A stretch of 64,000 nt of DNA from an uncultured Actinomycetes bacterium. GTDB lineage: Bacteria; Actinomycetota; Thermoleophilia; Gaiellales; Gaiellaceae. The stretch is from assembly GCA_963846825.1 (NCBI GenBank), contig CAWJXN010000006.1, positions 5,642 to 69,641 on the forward strand, given 5' to 3'. Made by a program: the position numbers and the translations under genes. The notes beneath the pieces were generated by a model. The model worked only from the letters and a program-made list of their open reading frames with translations. It did no database searches and was not told the DNA's origin. Numbering within the stretch: the stretch's first letter is position 1; every line of letters begins with the position of its first letter. Shown here piece by piece: positions 20,279-31,889 of the stretch.

Positions 20279-21430
20279 TCGACCTCGTGGATGCCGACCG
20301 CCTCCGCGACCTCACCCTCGAGCTCGTCGAGATCGAGAGCCCGACCGGCGACACCGCCGCCGTCGCGTGGCGCTACGCGGATGTCCTGCGCGAGATCGGG
20401 CTGGAGGTCCAGGTGCTCGACGAGCCGTTCGCCGCGACGCCGGTCGTGATCGGCCGACTCCGTGGGAGCGAGCCCGGGCCGTCGATCGTCCTCAACGGTC
20501 ACCTGGACACCGTCCCCATCCCGCACGATCCGCCGCGCGTCGAGAACGGCCGCGTCTGGGGGCGCGGAAGCGCGGACATGAAGGGGCCGCGTGGCCGCGG
20601 CGACGGAGGCGGTACGGATCGTCGCCGAGTCCGGCCGCTCGTTCCCGGGCGAGCTCGTGCTCGTCGCGATCGGCCTTCACGAGGCGCCCGACGGACGCGG
20701 TGAGGACCTCACCTGGCTGCTCGGCGAGCACGGCTTCACTGCGGACTACGCGATCGTCTGCGAGCTCTCCGGCGACCGGCTCGTCGCGGCGCACATGGGG
20801 CAGGCGACCGTCGAGATCGAGATCGCGCGCGACGGGATGCCGACCCACGAGCTGCAGACAGCCGCGGGGACGCCGAACCCCGTCCTCGTCGCGGCACGCG
20901 TGATCGAGGCGGTTCGCGCGCGGAACGACGAGCTTGCAGCGACCGAGCACCCCTGGGTCGGGGCGGAGACGTACTTCTTCGGCGAGGTCCACGGCGGCGA
21001 CTTCTACAACCGCCACCCGGCGACGTGCCGTCTCGTCGGGACGCGGCGGTGGGCGCCGGGAAACACGCTCGCGACCGTCCAGGCCGAGTACGACGCGCTC
21101 CTTGCCCCGATCGCGGACGCCTCCGGCTGCACGATCGACGCCCACCTGAAGCTCGTGCGGGACGCCTACTCGATCGACCCCGAGCATCCGCTCGCGCTCG
21201 CGCTCCGCGAGGGGTACGAGGAGGTGACCGGGGAGGCGCTCGAGTCGACCGGCGTCAAGGTGGTCGCCGACGCCTCGATCTTTCAGTCCGTCGGCGGGAT
21301 CCCGACCGTCTACCACGGCCCGCGCGGCGAGGGCGCGCACGCGGACGTCGAGTCGGTCTCCGTCGACGAGCTCGTCCGCTCGGCGCGGATCTACCTCGCG
21401 ACGCTCGAGCGGCTGTGGGCCGGCGCCTGA
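20275..21430 (+). CDS. M20/ArgE-DapE family metallo-amidohydrolase (atypical HE motif); one frameshift
   Basis: ELVEIESPTG, LNGHLDTV, GRGSADMKG, AIVCE and GAHADVESV. Confidence 0.85.
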
Positions 21431-21434
21431 CGCG

Positions 21435-22984
21435 TTGAGCGGCGCGACCTACGACGAGCTGCGCCGCTCGTTCCGCTGGCAGCTGCCGGCGGTGCTCAAC
21501 CTCGGAGTCGAGGTGTCCGAGCGGCAGCCGCGCGGAGACCCGGCGATCCTCGTCACCGACGGGAGCGAGGTCACGCGCACCGTCTCGTTCGGAGAGCTTG
21601 CTGACGACTCGAGCCGGCTCGCGAATGCGCTGCGCGGCCTCTGCGTCAGACCGGGCGACCGGATCGGCATCGTCCTGCCCCAGCGCCCCGAGACGGCGGT
21701 CGCGCATGTCGCGGCGGCCAAGCTGGGCGCCGTCGCGGTGCCGCTCAGCATCCTGTTCGGCCCCGACGCGCTCGAGATGCGTCTCCGCGATGCCGATGTT
21801 CGTGTCGTGCTCGGGGAGGGCGAGCCGCTGGCGCGGATCGCCGAGCTCGGGCTCGATGTGCCGCTCATCGACGTCGACCGCGATCTCGGGCGGCTGCTCG
21901 ACGCCGCGTCACCGCGCTTCGAGCCGGTCTCGACGACACCCGACACGCCCGCCCTCCTCGTCTACACCTCGGGGACGACCGGTCCGCCGAAGGGCGCGCT
22001 TCACGGTCACCGGGTCCTGCCGGGCCACCTGCCGGGGTTCGAGCTCTCGCACGATCACTTTCCGCACGACGGGGACGTCATCTGGACGCCCGCTGACTGG
22101 GCGTGGATCGGGGGCCTCTACGACGTGCTCATGCCGGCGCTGCGCCACGGCCGGCCGGTGGTGGCGTTCAGCGGAGGGAAGTTCGACCCCGAGCGCGCCT
22201 TCGACCTGATCGGTCGGCTCGGCGTCCGGAACGTCTTCATGCCCGCCACCGCCCTCCGCCTGATGCGGAGCCACGACCCGGGGACGCCGGTGTCCCTCCG
22301 GACAGTCGCGAGCGGCGGCGAGACGGTCGGGGTCGAGACCGCCGACTGGTGCCGTGACCGCCTTGGCGTCCGCCTCAACGAGTTCTACGGACAGACCGAG
22401 GCGAACCTCCTCGTCGGCAACTGCTGCGCGTGGGAGGCGCGCCTCGGCTCGATGGGCCTCCCGTACCCCGGTCACGACGTGCGTCTGGTCGACGGCGAGG
22501 TCTGCGTGCGCGTGGACGGCGACCCCGTCGCGTTCCTCGGCTACTGGCGGAACGAGGAGGCGACGGCGGCGAAGGTCCGCGACGGCTGGCTGCACACCGG
22601 CGACCAGGCGGAGCAGGACGAGGACGGCTACGTCTACTTCGTCGGCCGGGACGACGACGTCATCTCGAGCGCAGGCCATCGCATCGGGCCGGGCCCGATC
22701 GAGGAGTGCCTGATCCGGCATCCGGCCGTCTCGCTCGCCGCGGTGATCGGCTCCCCGGACGAGCAGCGCGGCGAGGTCGTGAAGGCCTACGTCGTCGCCG
22801 CACCGGGGGTCATCGTGACCGACGAGCTCTCGCACGAGCTCCAGGCGTTCGTGCGCGAGCGGCTCTCGGCGTACGAGTACCCGCGCGCCGTCGCGTTCGT
22901 CGACGAGCTGCCGACGACCGTCACCGGGAAGATCCGCCGCGGAGAGCTCCGGCGACTCGACTCGGCGCCGGCGATCCCGGTTAG
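21435..22984 (+). CDS. AMP-dependent acyl-CoA synthetase
   Basis: YTSGTTGPPKG, ADWAWIGG, EFYGQTE, WLHTGD, GRDDDVI and LPTTVTGKIRR. The true stop is probably TAG 22982-22984 after an indel. Confidence 0.9.
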
Positions 22985-23030
22985 TCCACGGACCCTGGCG
23001 CTCGCCGCCGACCGGGCTAACGTGCGAGGG

Positions 23031-23428
23031 ATGGCGGGCGTCGACGGAGGCAGAGGCCGGACGAAGGTCGTCGTCGCCGTCGTCCTCGTCCTCGCCGCGT
23101 TTCTCGTGGTGGCGACGTTCGGGATCGCGCCGCCGCTGTGGGTGCTCGCGCTCGCCGTCTTCGGCGTTGCAGCGCTGGTGGGACGCGTGGCCCCCGGCGG
23201 GCACGGCTGGATCGCGGGCGTCGGGCTGGGGCTCGCCCTCGTCGCGATCGCGTTCGCAGTGTTGGCGCTCTACGAAGCGGACGACCCGTGGGTGGACCTG
23301 GTTCTCGTGATCTGGGTTCTCATCCTGGCGACGGCCGGCTGTGCGTGGGGCGTGGGGATCTGGGTCGGGCGCCGCTGGCGGAGTCGGCGCGCGCACTCAC
23401 CCAGCACGGCGGCGGGCCAGATCGCTAA
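23031..23428 (+). CDS. Hypothetical membrane protein (about 4 TM segments)
   Basis: Hydrophobic ORF from ATG 23031, preceded by TAACGT 7 nt upstream (leaderless-type); 3' end approximate. Confidence 0.55.
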
Positions 23429-25035
23429 CGCACGACGCCGCCTGGCCGCGCGCCGGTCGGAGCGCCGTCCTGCCCAGACGCGCTCGCCGGCGACCCAGAC
23501 GCCGACGACGCCGTCCGGAGCGCGGCACGGGTCGTCGTACGTCGCCGTGTCGACGAAGCGCTCGGGGTCGAGCAGGACGAGGTCGGCGCGCAGGCCGGGC
23601 GCGATCCGGCCGCGGTCGGACAGGCCGAGCAGGTCGGCCGAGCGGGCCGTGAGCCGCGCAACGGCCTCCTCGACCGGCAGCAGGCGCTCGCGCAGCGCGT
23701 ACCGCCCGAGGAATCGCGCTGCGGTCCCCCAGAGCCGGGGATGCGGCCGCGGGCCGAAGATGCCGTCCGAGCCGACGAGCTGGAGCCGGTGGCGCGCGAT
23801 CTCGCGGACGGCGTCCTCGCCGGCGTAGTGGAGGATCATCGTCACGTCGAGTCGCGACTCGAGCAGCAGGTCGAGCGCGGCGCGAACGCCCGCTTGCAAC
23901 TTTTCGTCACAAGCGGCTCGCGCTCCCGGGCGAGCTCGGCGAGCGTCCGGCCGACGGCATCCTCGTTCGGCGACGCGGCCGCGGCGATCGCGATCCGGTC
24001 GGGACCGAGCGTGCCGAGGAGATTCTCCCAGCCGGGGAGCCCGGCCTCGATGTCTCCCGCGATGCGCGCGCGGTCGGCCGGCCGCGCGAGGCGCTCGAGC
24101 GTCGCGTCCGCTCCGCCCTCCTGCGCCCAACGGGGAAGGACGCTCGCGAGCAGCGTGCTGCCGGCGCCGTACGGGTACTGGTCGAAGGTGATCTGCACGT
24201 CCCTGCTCGCCGCCTCCAGCAGCTCGAGCAGCGGCGGGATCGTCCGCTCGTCGGCGAGCGCCTTCAGGTGGGAGACGTGGAGCGGGGCGCCGGACGCGGC
24301 GGGCGACGTCGACCATCTCGCCGATCGCGTCGAGCAGTCCCGCGCCCTCGTTCCGGACGTGCGGGACAATCGGGATGCCTGCCGCAGCCGCCTCCTCGGA
24401 GACGGCGACCAGCTCGTCGGGCTGCGCGTGCGCGCCGGGCAGGTAGACGAGACCGAAGGAGAGCATGCGCGCGCCGGCCTCGACCGCAGCGCGCACATGG
24501 GCGCGCATCTCGCGCAGCTGCGCCGCCGTCGGAGCAACGTCGGCAGAGCCCACGACGAGGTCGCGGATCGCGCCGTGCGCCGCGGACGGGACGAGCGACG
24601 TCGCCGGTCGCGTCGCATCGAGCGCGCCGAGATACTCCTCGACGGTCCGCCACTCCCAGTCGTCCGGGCCGGGGCCTTCGAGAGCGCGGAGGTAGTCGCG
24701 CCGGTCCCGCCATCGATCTCGCGAGACCGGCGCCGGGGCGAGCCCGTCCGGGCAGATCACCTCTGTCGTGAAGCCCTGCGCGATCTTCGGGACCTGCAGC
24801 GGGTCGACGAACGGCGAGAGCGCCGAGTGCGCGTGGAGGTCGACGAACCCCGGGCAGAGCAGCAGCCCCGTCCCGTCGACGATCTGGCGGCCGCGGGCGG
24901 GTCGTCCTTGTGACGATAAGTTGCGAGCGGCTCGACCCGGACGATGGCGCCGTCCGCGACCGAGACGTCGGCGGTGAACGACGGGCCGTCGCCGGGGACG
25001 ACCGTCGCGCCGCGGATGAGCAGGTCCAGCGTCAC
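23425..25035 (-). CDS. N-acyl-D-amino-acid deacylase-like amidohydrolase #1; frameshifted
   Basis: DLLIRGATVV, PGFVDLHAHS, AQGFTTEV, HVRNEG, HVSHLK, FDQYPY, GSDG, PHPRLWG and RGRIAPGLRADLVLLDP. Confidence 0.9.
23890..23916. repeat. Intragenic palindrome, copy 2
   Basis: Minus strand CCGCTTGTGAC-GAAAA-GTTGCAAGCGG, a stem with two G-T wobbles; encodes ACDEKLQAG. Confidence 0.7.
24907..24927. repeat. Intragenic palindrome, copy 3
   Basis: CTTGTGAC-GATAA-GTTGCGAG on the + strand, in opposite orientation to copy 2 within the same gene; encodes LATYRHK. Confidence 0.65.
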
Positions 25036-26219
25036 GTCGCGACGGCCGGGCGACGGAAGGCGGCCGCCGTGACCGCCATCCCGAGGCCGGTGAGAGCGAG
25101 GACGAGGCCGAAGCTGGTGACGCCGAGCAGGACCGCGGCGAAGACGAGTCCGAGGACGAACCCGATCATCCCGAGGGTCATCACGATGATGCTGAGGAGC
25201 GCCTGCTGGTCCTGCGCGATCTCGAGCGCGCGCGCGCCGTTGAGCGACGCCGCCGCGGTGCTGTTCGAGAGGAGGAGGGCGGAGACGAGGAGCGGCGCGA
25301 GCACCGCCAGCGACGGCGGGACGAACAGCAGGAGCGCCGCGCCCTGGACCGTCGACGCCGCGAGGAAGGCCGAGAACGGCCCCAGCCGCCGCTGGACGCC
25401 GCGCGTCACGGGGAGGGTCAGGACGACGACGACGACCATCCCGGCGATGAAGGCGGCGCTTGCGGCCACCTCGTCGAGGCCGAGGTGCTCACGGAGGACG
25501 GCCGGCAGGATCCCGAGCGCGCTTCCCGCGAAGACGTTCCAGATGAGGTTCGCGAGGCCGATCCGGCGCAGCCGCGGGTTCGTCCGAACCGCGTCGAAGG
25601 CGCGGGCCAGCGCGTCGATGTCGCGCCCCCGCTCGTAGCCGCCCCCGATCCGGGGCACCGGCACGAGCAGCAGCAGCGCGACGGCCTGCAGGGCGCAGAT
25701 CCCGATGAGCACGGCGTCGACGCCGCCGAGGCGGAAGAGCAGGAGGCCGAGGAACGGGCTGCCGAAGAGCGGCGGCCTGGTTGACCGTCGTCCGGACGGC
25801 GTGTGCGCGGAGGAGCGCGGCTCCCTGCGTCGTGTCCGCGATGCCCGCGCATCAGGGCGGCCTCGGCGTAGTTCCGCGAGACGCCCGCCACGGCGGCCGC
25901 GAGGAGGACGAGCCAGAACCAGTCCCGACCGGCGAGGAGGAACAGCGGATAGAGCAGCGCCGCGGCGAGCGTCGCCGCGAGCGACAGTCGGAGGACGCGG
26001 AGCGGCGGCACGTTGTCCCCGGTCAGCCCCGCCGGGAATCGCGGTCACGAGGAGCGGCACGTAGACGAACGCCGTCGCGAGCGCCGCGTCGCGTGGCTCG
26101 TGGCCGAGCGCGAGGAGCATCCAGGGCAGGACGAACATGAACTGCCCCTGGCCGGCGGCGGAGAGGCTGTTCGCCGCCGTGATCGCGAGCGTGCGGCGGG
26201 GGACGCCGAGGCGTCTCAT
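25032..26219 (-). CDS. MFS transporter #1; frameshifted
   Basis: About 12 hydrophobic segments (ANSLSAAGQGQFMFVLPWMLL...ANLIWNVFAGSALGILP); coupled to neighbours by overlapping start/stop codons. Confidence 0.8.
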   Translation of the reverse strand: MRRLGVPRRTLAITAANSLSAAGQGQFMFVLPWMLLALGHEPRDAALATAFVYVPLLVTAIPGGADRGQRAAAPRPPTVARGDARRGAALSAVPPRRSGLVLARPPRGRRGGRLAELRRGRPDARASRTRRREPRSSAHTPSGRRSTRPPLFGSPFLGLLLFRLGGVDAVLIGICALQAVALLLLVPVPRIGGGYERGRDIDALARAFDAVRTNPRLRRIGLANLIWNVFAGSALGILPAVLREHLGLDEVAASAAFIAGMVVVVVLTLPVTRGVQRRLGPFSAFLAASTVQGAALLLFVPPSLAVLAPLLVSALLLSNSTAAASLNGARALEIAQDQQALLSIIVMTLGMIGFVLGLVFAAVLLGVTSFGLVLALTGLGMAVTAAAFRRPAVAT

Positions 26220-27312
26220 CGCGCCGTCGCCCAGCGTGCGAGCGCCTCGGCGAGCGCAGCGCGGCAGCTCGCAGCGCCCCCGAAGGGCACCCGAGCCCAT
26301 CCCGGCGCCTGGAAGTGCCGTCCGTCGACGGCGGGGATACCTGCCGCGACGAGCGAGTCCGCGAGGTCGGGCCGGTCGTCCGAGACGAAGAGGAACGGCC
26401 CGCCGCGGGGCGGGACGAAGCGAAGACCCGCGCGCTCGGCCTCGGCGCTCGCCGCCGACCGGTCCGCCGCGAGGCCGGCGTGGACGTCGTCGGAGCCACG
26501 CGCGCGGGCCGTCCAGCACCGCGATGGCGGCGACCTGCGGAGCGAGCCCGACCCGGAGCACGTCCCACTCGAGCGCCAGCGCGACGCCGTCCACGAGCTC
26601 GCGCGGCCCGGCGACGACGCCGACCCGGAGGTGCGGCAGGGAGAGGCTCTTGCCGAGGCTCCGGACGAGGAGCGTGCGCCGGGCGAGCGGGAAGGCGGAC
26701 GCGAGCCCGGCATCCCAGAGCGCGGCCTCGTACGCCTCGTCGGTGACGAGCACGAGGCCTCGCCGCTCGGCCACGCCGGCGGCCGAGGCGACCTCGTCCG
26801 CGGAGGGCACCGCACCGGTCGGGTTTCCGGGGTTGCAGAGCAGGAGCGCCCGCGTCCGCGGGCCGACGGCGTGCTCGATCGCCTCGGCGTCCCACGCCCA
26901 GCCCTCGTCGGCCGAGCCGCGGACGTACACAGGGACGCCGCCCGCCGCCCGGATCGGCCCCTCGAAGAAGAAGCACGGCGCGGGCACGACGACCTCGTCC
27001 CCGGGCTGGAGGAGCGAGCGGAAGCAGAGCCCGAGCGCGTGCATCGCCCCGTTCGTGACGACGAGCTCGTGCTCTCCGTCGACGGGGCGGCCCGTCGCGG
27101 CCGACGATGCCGGCGAGCCGCTCGCGGAGCTCCGGGAGCCCGCGCGGGTGCGGTGCCGTGGCGGCGGTGCCGAGGGCACGCGCAACCGCGTCGACGACGT
27201 GGGGCGGGAGCGCCGGCGCGGGCGTCCCGTGGAGCGGCACGACGTCGCCGCCCGCCTCCCGCACCGCCCGAAGCCGCTCGTCGGCGTCGTGGGTCGGGAA
27301 TCTGTCCGACAC
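26216..27312 (-). CDS. PLP-dependent aminotransferase class I/II; frameshifted
   Basis: VVTNGAMHAL, LLCNPGNPTG, VTDEAY and RSLGKSLSLPHLRVG (PLP lysine). Confidence 0.9.
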
Positions 27313-27316
27313 GCGC

Positions 27317-29001
27317 TCAGGAGGGGACGACGGGAAGGAGCACGTGCGACGGGTACGCGCGGCGTGTGGAGAACCGTCTGGTGGGCGACCTGCATCCGGG
27401 TGCCGGTGCCGACGTCCTCGCCGGTGTTGAGGTTCCGGGAGAACCGGGGGAAGCTCGAGCTCGTCAGGTCGAGCCGGATCCGATGCCCGCGGCGGAAGAC
27501 GTTCGCCATCGGGTAGAGGCGGATCCGGTACTCGGCGACCTCGCCCGGCTCGAGCAGCTCGACCGACTCGCCCTCGACGCTCCCGCGGTAGCGGGCGCGG
27601 ATGATCCCCTCCGTGAGGAAGATCGACCGTCCGTCCGGGTACACGTCGCAGATCCGCACGATGAAGTCGGTGTCGCGCGCCGACGACGCGGCGAAGAGCG
27701 TCACCTCGACGGGGCCGATCACCTCGAGATCCCGGTCGAGCGGCTCGCTCGTGTAGACGAGGACGTCGTCGCGCGCCTCGAGGACGCGCTGGTCGAGCGG
27801 CCCCGGGCGGATCGGCGTCTCGGCGCCCTGCGTCATCGTCAGCACCGAGTTGACGCCGCCGACCGTCGGGACGGGATCCGCGGGGTCGTAGTCGTAGCGG
27901 TCGGCCGGCTCGTCCGCCTTCGGCTCGTCGACCGAAAGGGCGCCGCCGCTGCGAAGGTGGAAGGCCGTCGGGGTCGCGCGCGCCAGCGGCCACTCGTGCT
28001 CGCCGCGCCACTCGTTCGCCCCGAGGACGTACAGCTCGGCGGGCGGGCGCTCGTCCCAGTCGTTCGCGACGTCCTTCAGGAAGCGGTCGTAGAAGACGAG
28101 CTCGTGGTCGCGGATCACCGTCAGCGCCGGCGAGAGGTCGACGTCGCCGCGGAACGACTCCACCTCCTCCTCGTGCGACCAGGGGCCGATCAGGACGCGG
28201 TTCGGGACGCGCGTCGCCGATCGCGCCGAACGAGCGCAGGTGCGACCCGGAGTACGGATCGAACCAGGCGCCCTGCTGGAAGATCGGCACCTGCACCTTC
28301 TCGGGCCGGTGTCGGAAGCCCTGCCAGTAGTCGTCGTTCACCTGGTGCTCCCACCACAGCCGCCAGTAGTCGACCTTGCGCCCGATCGTGACCTCGTCGA
28401 GCTCGACGAGCGGCAGGTGGCCGAAGACCCGGTCGTTGAGGACGATGTCGCGCGCGCTCGGCCCCGTGATCAGCGCGATCGCGCTCGACCACAGCGCGGC
28501 GGCGCCGAGCGTCAGCGCGAGCTGGAAGGCCCCGCCCGTCCAGTACCCGTCCCAGAAGTAGTCGTCGTGGATCACCTGGGGGGCGATGCACTCGAGGTTC
28601 GGGTGCCCGAGGTGCGCGAGCTGCCACTGGACGAGCCCGCCGTAGCTTCGTCCCCACGTCCCGATCCGGCCGTTCGACCATTGCTCGCCGGCGGCCCAGG
28701 TCAGCGTGTCGTGGGCGTCGCGGCCGTCGTGCTCCCACGCGGTGAACGTTCCGCCCGACTCGTAACGGCCGCGAACGTCGACGACGACCGCCGCGTAGCC
28801 GCGCTGCGCGAACCAGACGCCCCACGAGACGAAGCGCTCGCGCGTCGACTCGTAGGGCGTCCACTGGACGATCGTCGGCAGGCCGTTCGCGCCGAGCGGG
28901 AGGTAGACGTCCGCCGACAGCGTGACGCCGTCCCGCATCGGGACACGCTGGTCGTGGAGGAGCCGCACCTCGCGGCGCGGCTCGGATGGTCGTTCGCTCA
29001 C
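27317..29001 (-). CDS. CocE/NonD family serine hydrolase #2; frameshifted
   Basis: [46 protein letters not shown] and [13 protein letters not shown]. Confidence 0.9.
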
Positions 29002-30040
29002 GGCGAGGCGGGCGCGGGCGCTGCCTCGGCGATGGGCGTGCCCGCGAAGTGGCACGCGGCGAGATGGGCTCCGCCGTGCTCGGCGAGCGGCGGCTCGACC
29101 TCGGCGCAGATCTGCTGTGCGATGGGGCAGCGCGTGCGGAAGCGGCAGCCGGAGGGCGGGTCGATCGGGCTCGGCACGTCGCCGGTGAGGACGATGCGCC
29201 GCTGCTTGCGGCCCGGCACGGGCTCCGGGTTCGCCGACAGGAGCGCCTGCGTGTACGGGTGGAGCGGCCGGGCGAAGAGATCCTCGGCGGTCGACAGCTC
29301 GACGATCTTCCCGAGGTACATGACCGCGATGCGGTCGGAGATGTATCCGACGACGGCGAGGTCGTGTGCGACGAAGAGGTATGTGAGGTCGAACTCGTGC
29401 TTCAGCTCGACGAGCAGATTCAGCACCTGCGACTGGATCGACACGTCGAGAGCCGAGACCGGCTCGTCCGCGACGATGAACTTCGGCTGCAGGACGAGCG
29501 AGCGGGCGAGGCCGATCCGCTGGCGCTGGCCACCCGAGAACTGGTGCGGGTAGCGGTCGGCGGCCTCGCGCGCCAGGCCGACGCGGTCGAGCATGTCGAG
29601 CACCGCCTCGTCGCGCGCCGCCTTGTTGCCGAGGCCGTGGATCTTGAGCCCCTCGCCGACGAGCTGCCTGACCTTCATCCGCGGGTCGAGTGAGCCGACC
29701 GAGTCCTGGAAGACGATCTGCATGTGCCGCCGCGCGGCCTTGAGGCCGGACGCGCCGAGGCCCGTGATCTCCTCGCCGTCGAAGCGGACGGTGCCCGCGG
29801 TCGGCTCGAGCAGGCGCAGGAGCGTCCGGCCGAGCGTCGACTTGCCGCAGCCGGACTCGCCCACGAGCCCGACGGTCTCGCCGCGGTAGACGTCGAGGTC
29901 GACGCCGTCTACAGCCTGAAGCTGCCCGACCGTGCGCTTGAGGATGCCCGCGCGAACGGGGAAGTACTTCTTCACGCCGCGCGCCTCGAGGAGCACGTCC
30001 GTCGTCACCGGCTCGCTCACCGGCTTCTCCTCGGCCACGC

Positions 30041-30044
<4 letters not shown>
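28998..30044 (-). CDS. Dipeptide/oligopeptide ABC transporter ATPase (OppF/DppF-like)
   Basis: [36 protein letters not shown] and GCRFRTRCP. Confidence 0.95.
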
Positions 30045-31047
<1,003 letters not shown>

Positions 31048-31051
<4 letters not shown>

Positions 31052-31786
31052 CGCTTGGCGGGCCGGGTCGCCGGCGCATCCTTCCCGCGGCGCGCGCGCT
31101 TCGGTGCGGGGCCGTCGGCGGAGGCGTCCTCACGACGATGTGCCGCTCGAGCTGGCGCAGGATGCGTGCCTCGTCGCGCGTCTGGAGCACCTCGAGCAGC
31201 TCGCGGTGCTCGTCCACCATCGCCTCGAGGTTCGCGCTGCGCCCGTAGCGGAAGAAGTACGCGCGGATCCGCGGCCAGATGGTCCGCCAGATCTGCGTCG
31301 TGTGGGGCTGGCCGGCGCTCGAGATGACGATGTCGTGGAAGCGGAGGTCGGCCTCGACGATCTTGAGCGAGGTCGTCGGAGCGCGCGGCGCTCTCCATCA
31401 CCCAGATCTGCTTCCCGAGCTCCGCGAAGTCGGCGTCGGTCATGGCCTCGATGGCGTGGGCGAAGCTGTAGCGCTCGAGCACGAGCCGGATCGGGATCAG
31501 GACCTCCTGCACCTCCTCGTCCGACACGCCGAGGACGACGGCGCCCTTGTACGGGACCGACATCACGAGGCCCTTCGTTCTCGAGCTGCCGGAGCGCCTC
31601 GCGCACCGGGCCGCGGCTCGTGCCGAGCTCCTGCGAGAGCGTCGCCTCGATCAGCCGCTGGCCCGGCTCGTAATGGCCCGCGATGATCTCGTTGCGGAGC
31701 GCCTCGACGACTTGCTGGCCGCGCGGGCCCGTCCGGTTCAGGCGTCCCTCGTCCGAGGGGGGCGCGGGAACCCCGTCCGAGCTCAC
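31048..31786 (-). CDS. GntR family transcriptional regulator (FCD) #2; frameshifted
   Basis: [16 protein letters not shown]...[32 protein letters not shown] and EHRELL...HI (FCD His residues). Confidence 0.88.
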
Positions 31787-31824
31787 GTCCTCAACCTCGT
31801 CCACGCTGCACCCGAGCCTAGCAT

Positions 31825-31857
31825 TGATTGTCGACAATCACTGGATAGTTGACAATC
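31825..31857. promoter_or_regulatory. Tandem ATTGTCGACAAT-type operator pair (GntR #2 candidate)
   Basis: Perfect palindrome TGATTGTCGACAATCA (31825-31840) plus GATAGTTGACAATC (31844-31857); centres 18 bp apart. Confidence 0.8.
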
Positions 31858-31889
31858 GAACTCCGTGGCGCGTACCCTGACCTCATCCG

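Noticed and set aside
21435-23828. 797-aa acyl-CoA synthetase-membrane protein fusion in the ORF track
   Set aside because: An out-of-frame TAG follows the normal C-terminus, a -10 box precedes ATG 23031, and the tail is antisense to the deacylase; probably an indel artefact.
25032-29055. ~1000-aa ORFs joining CocE, aminotransferase and MFS
   Set aside because: Chimeras of correct and incorrect frames produced by indels.
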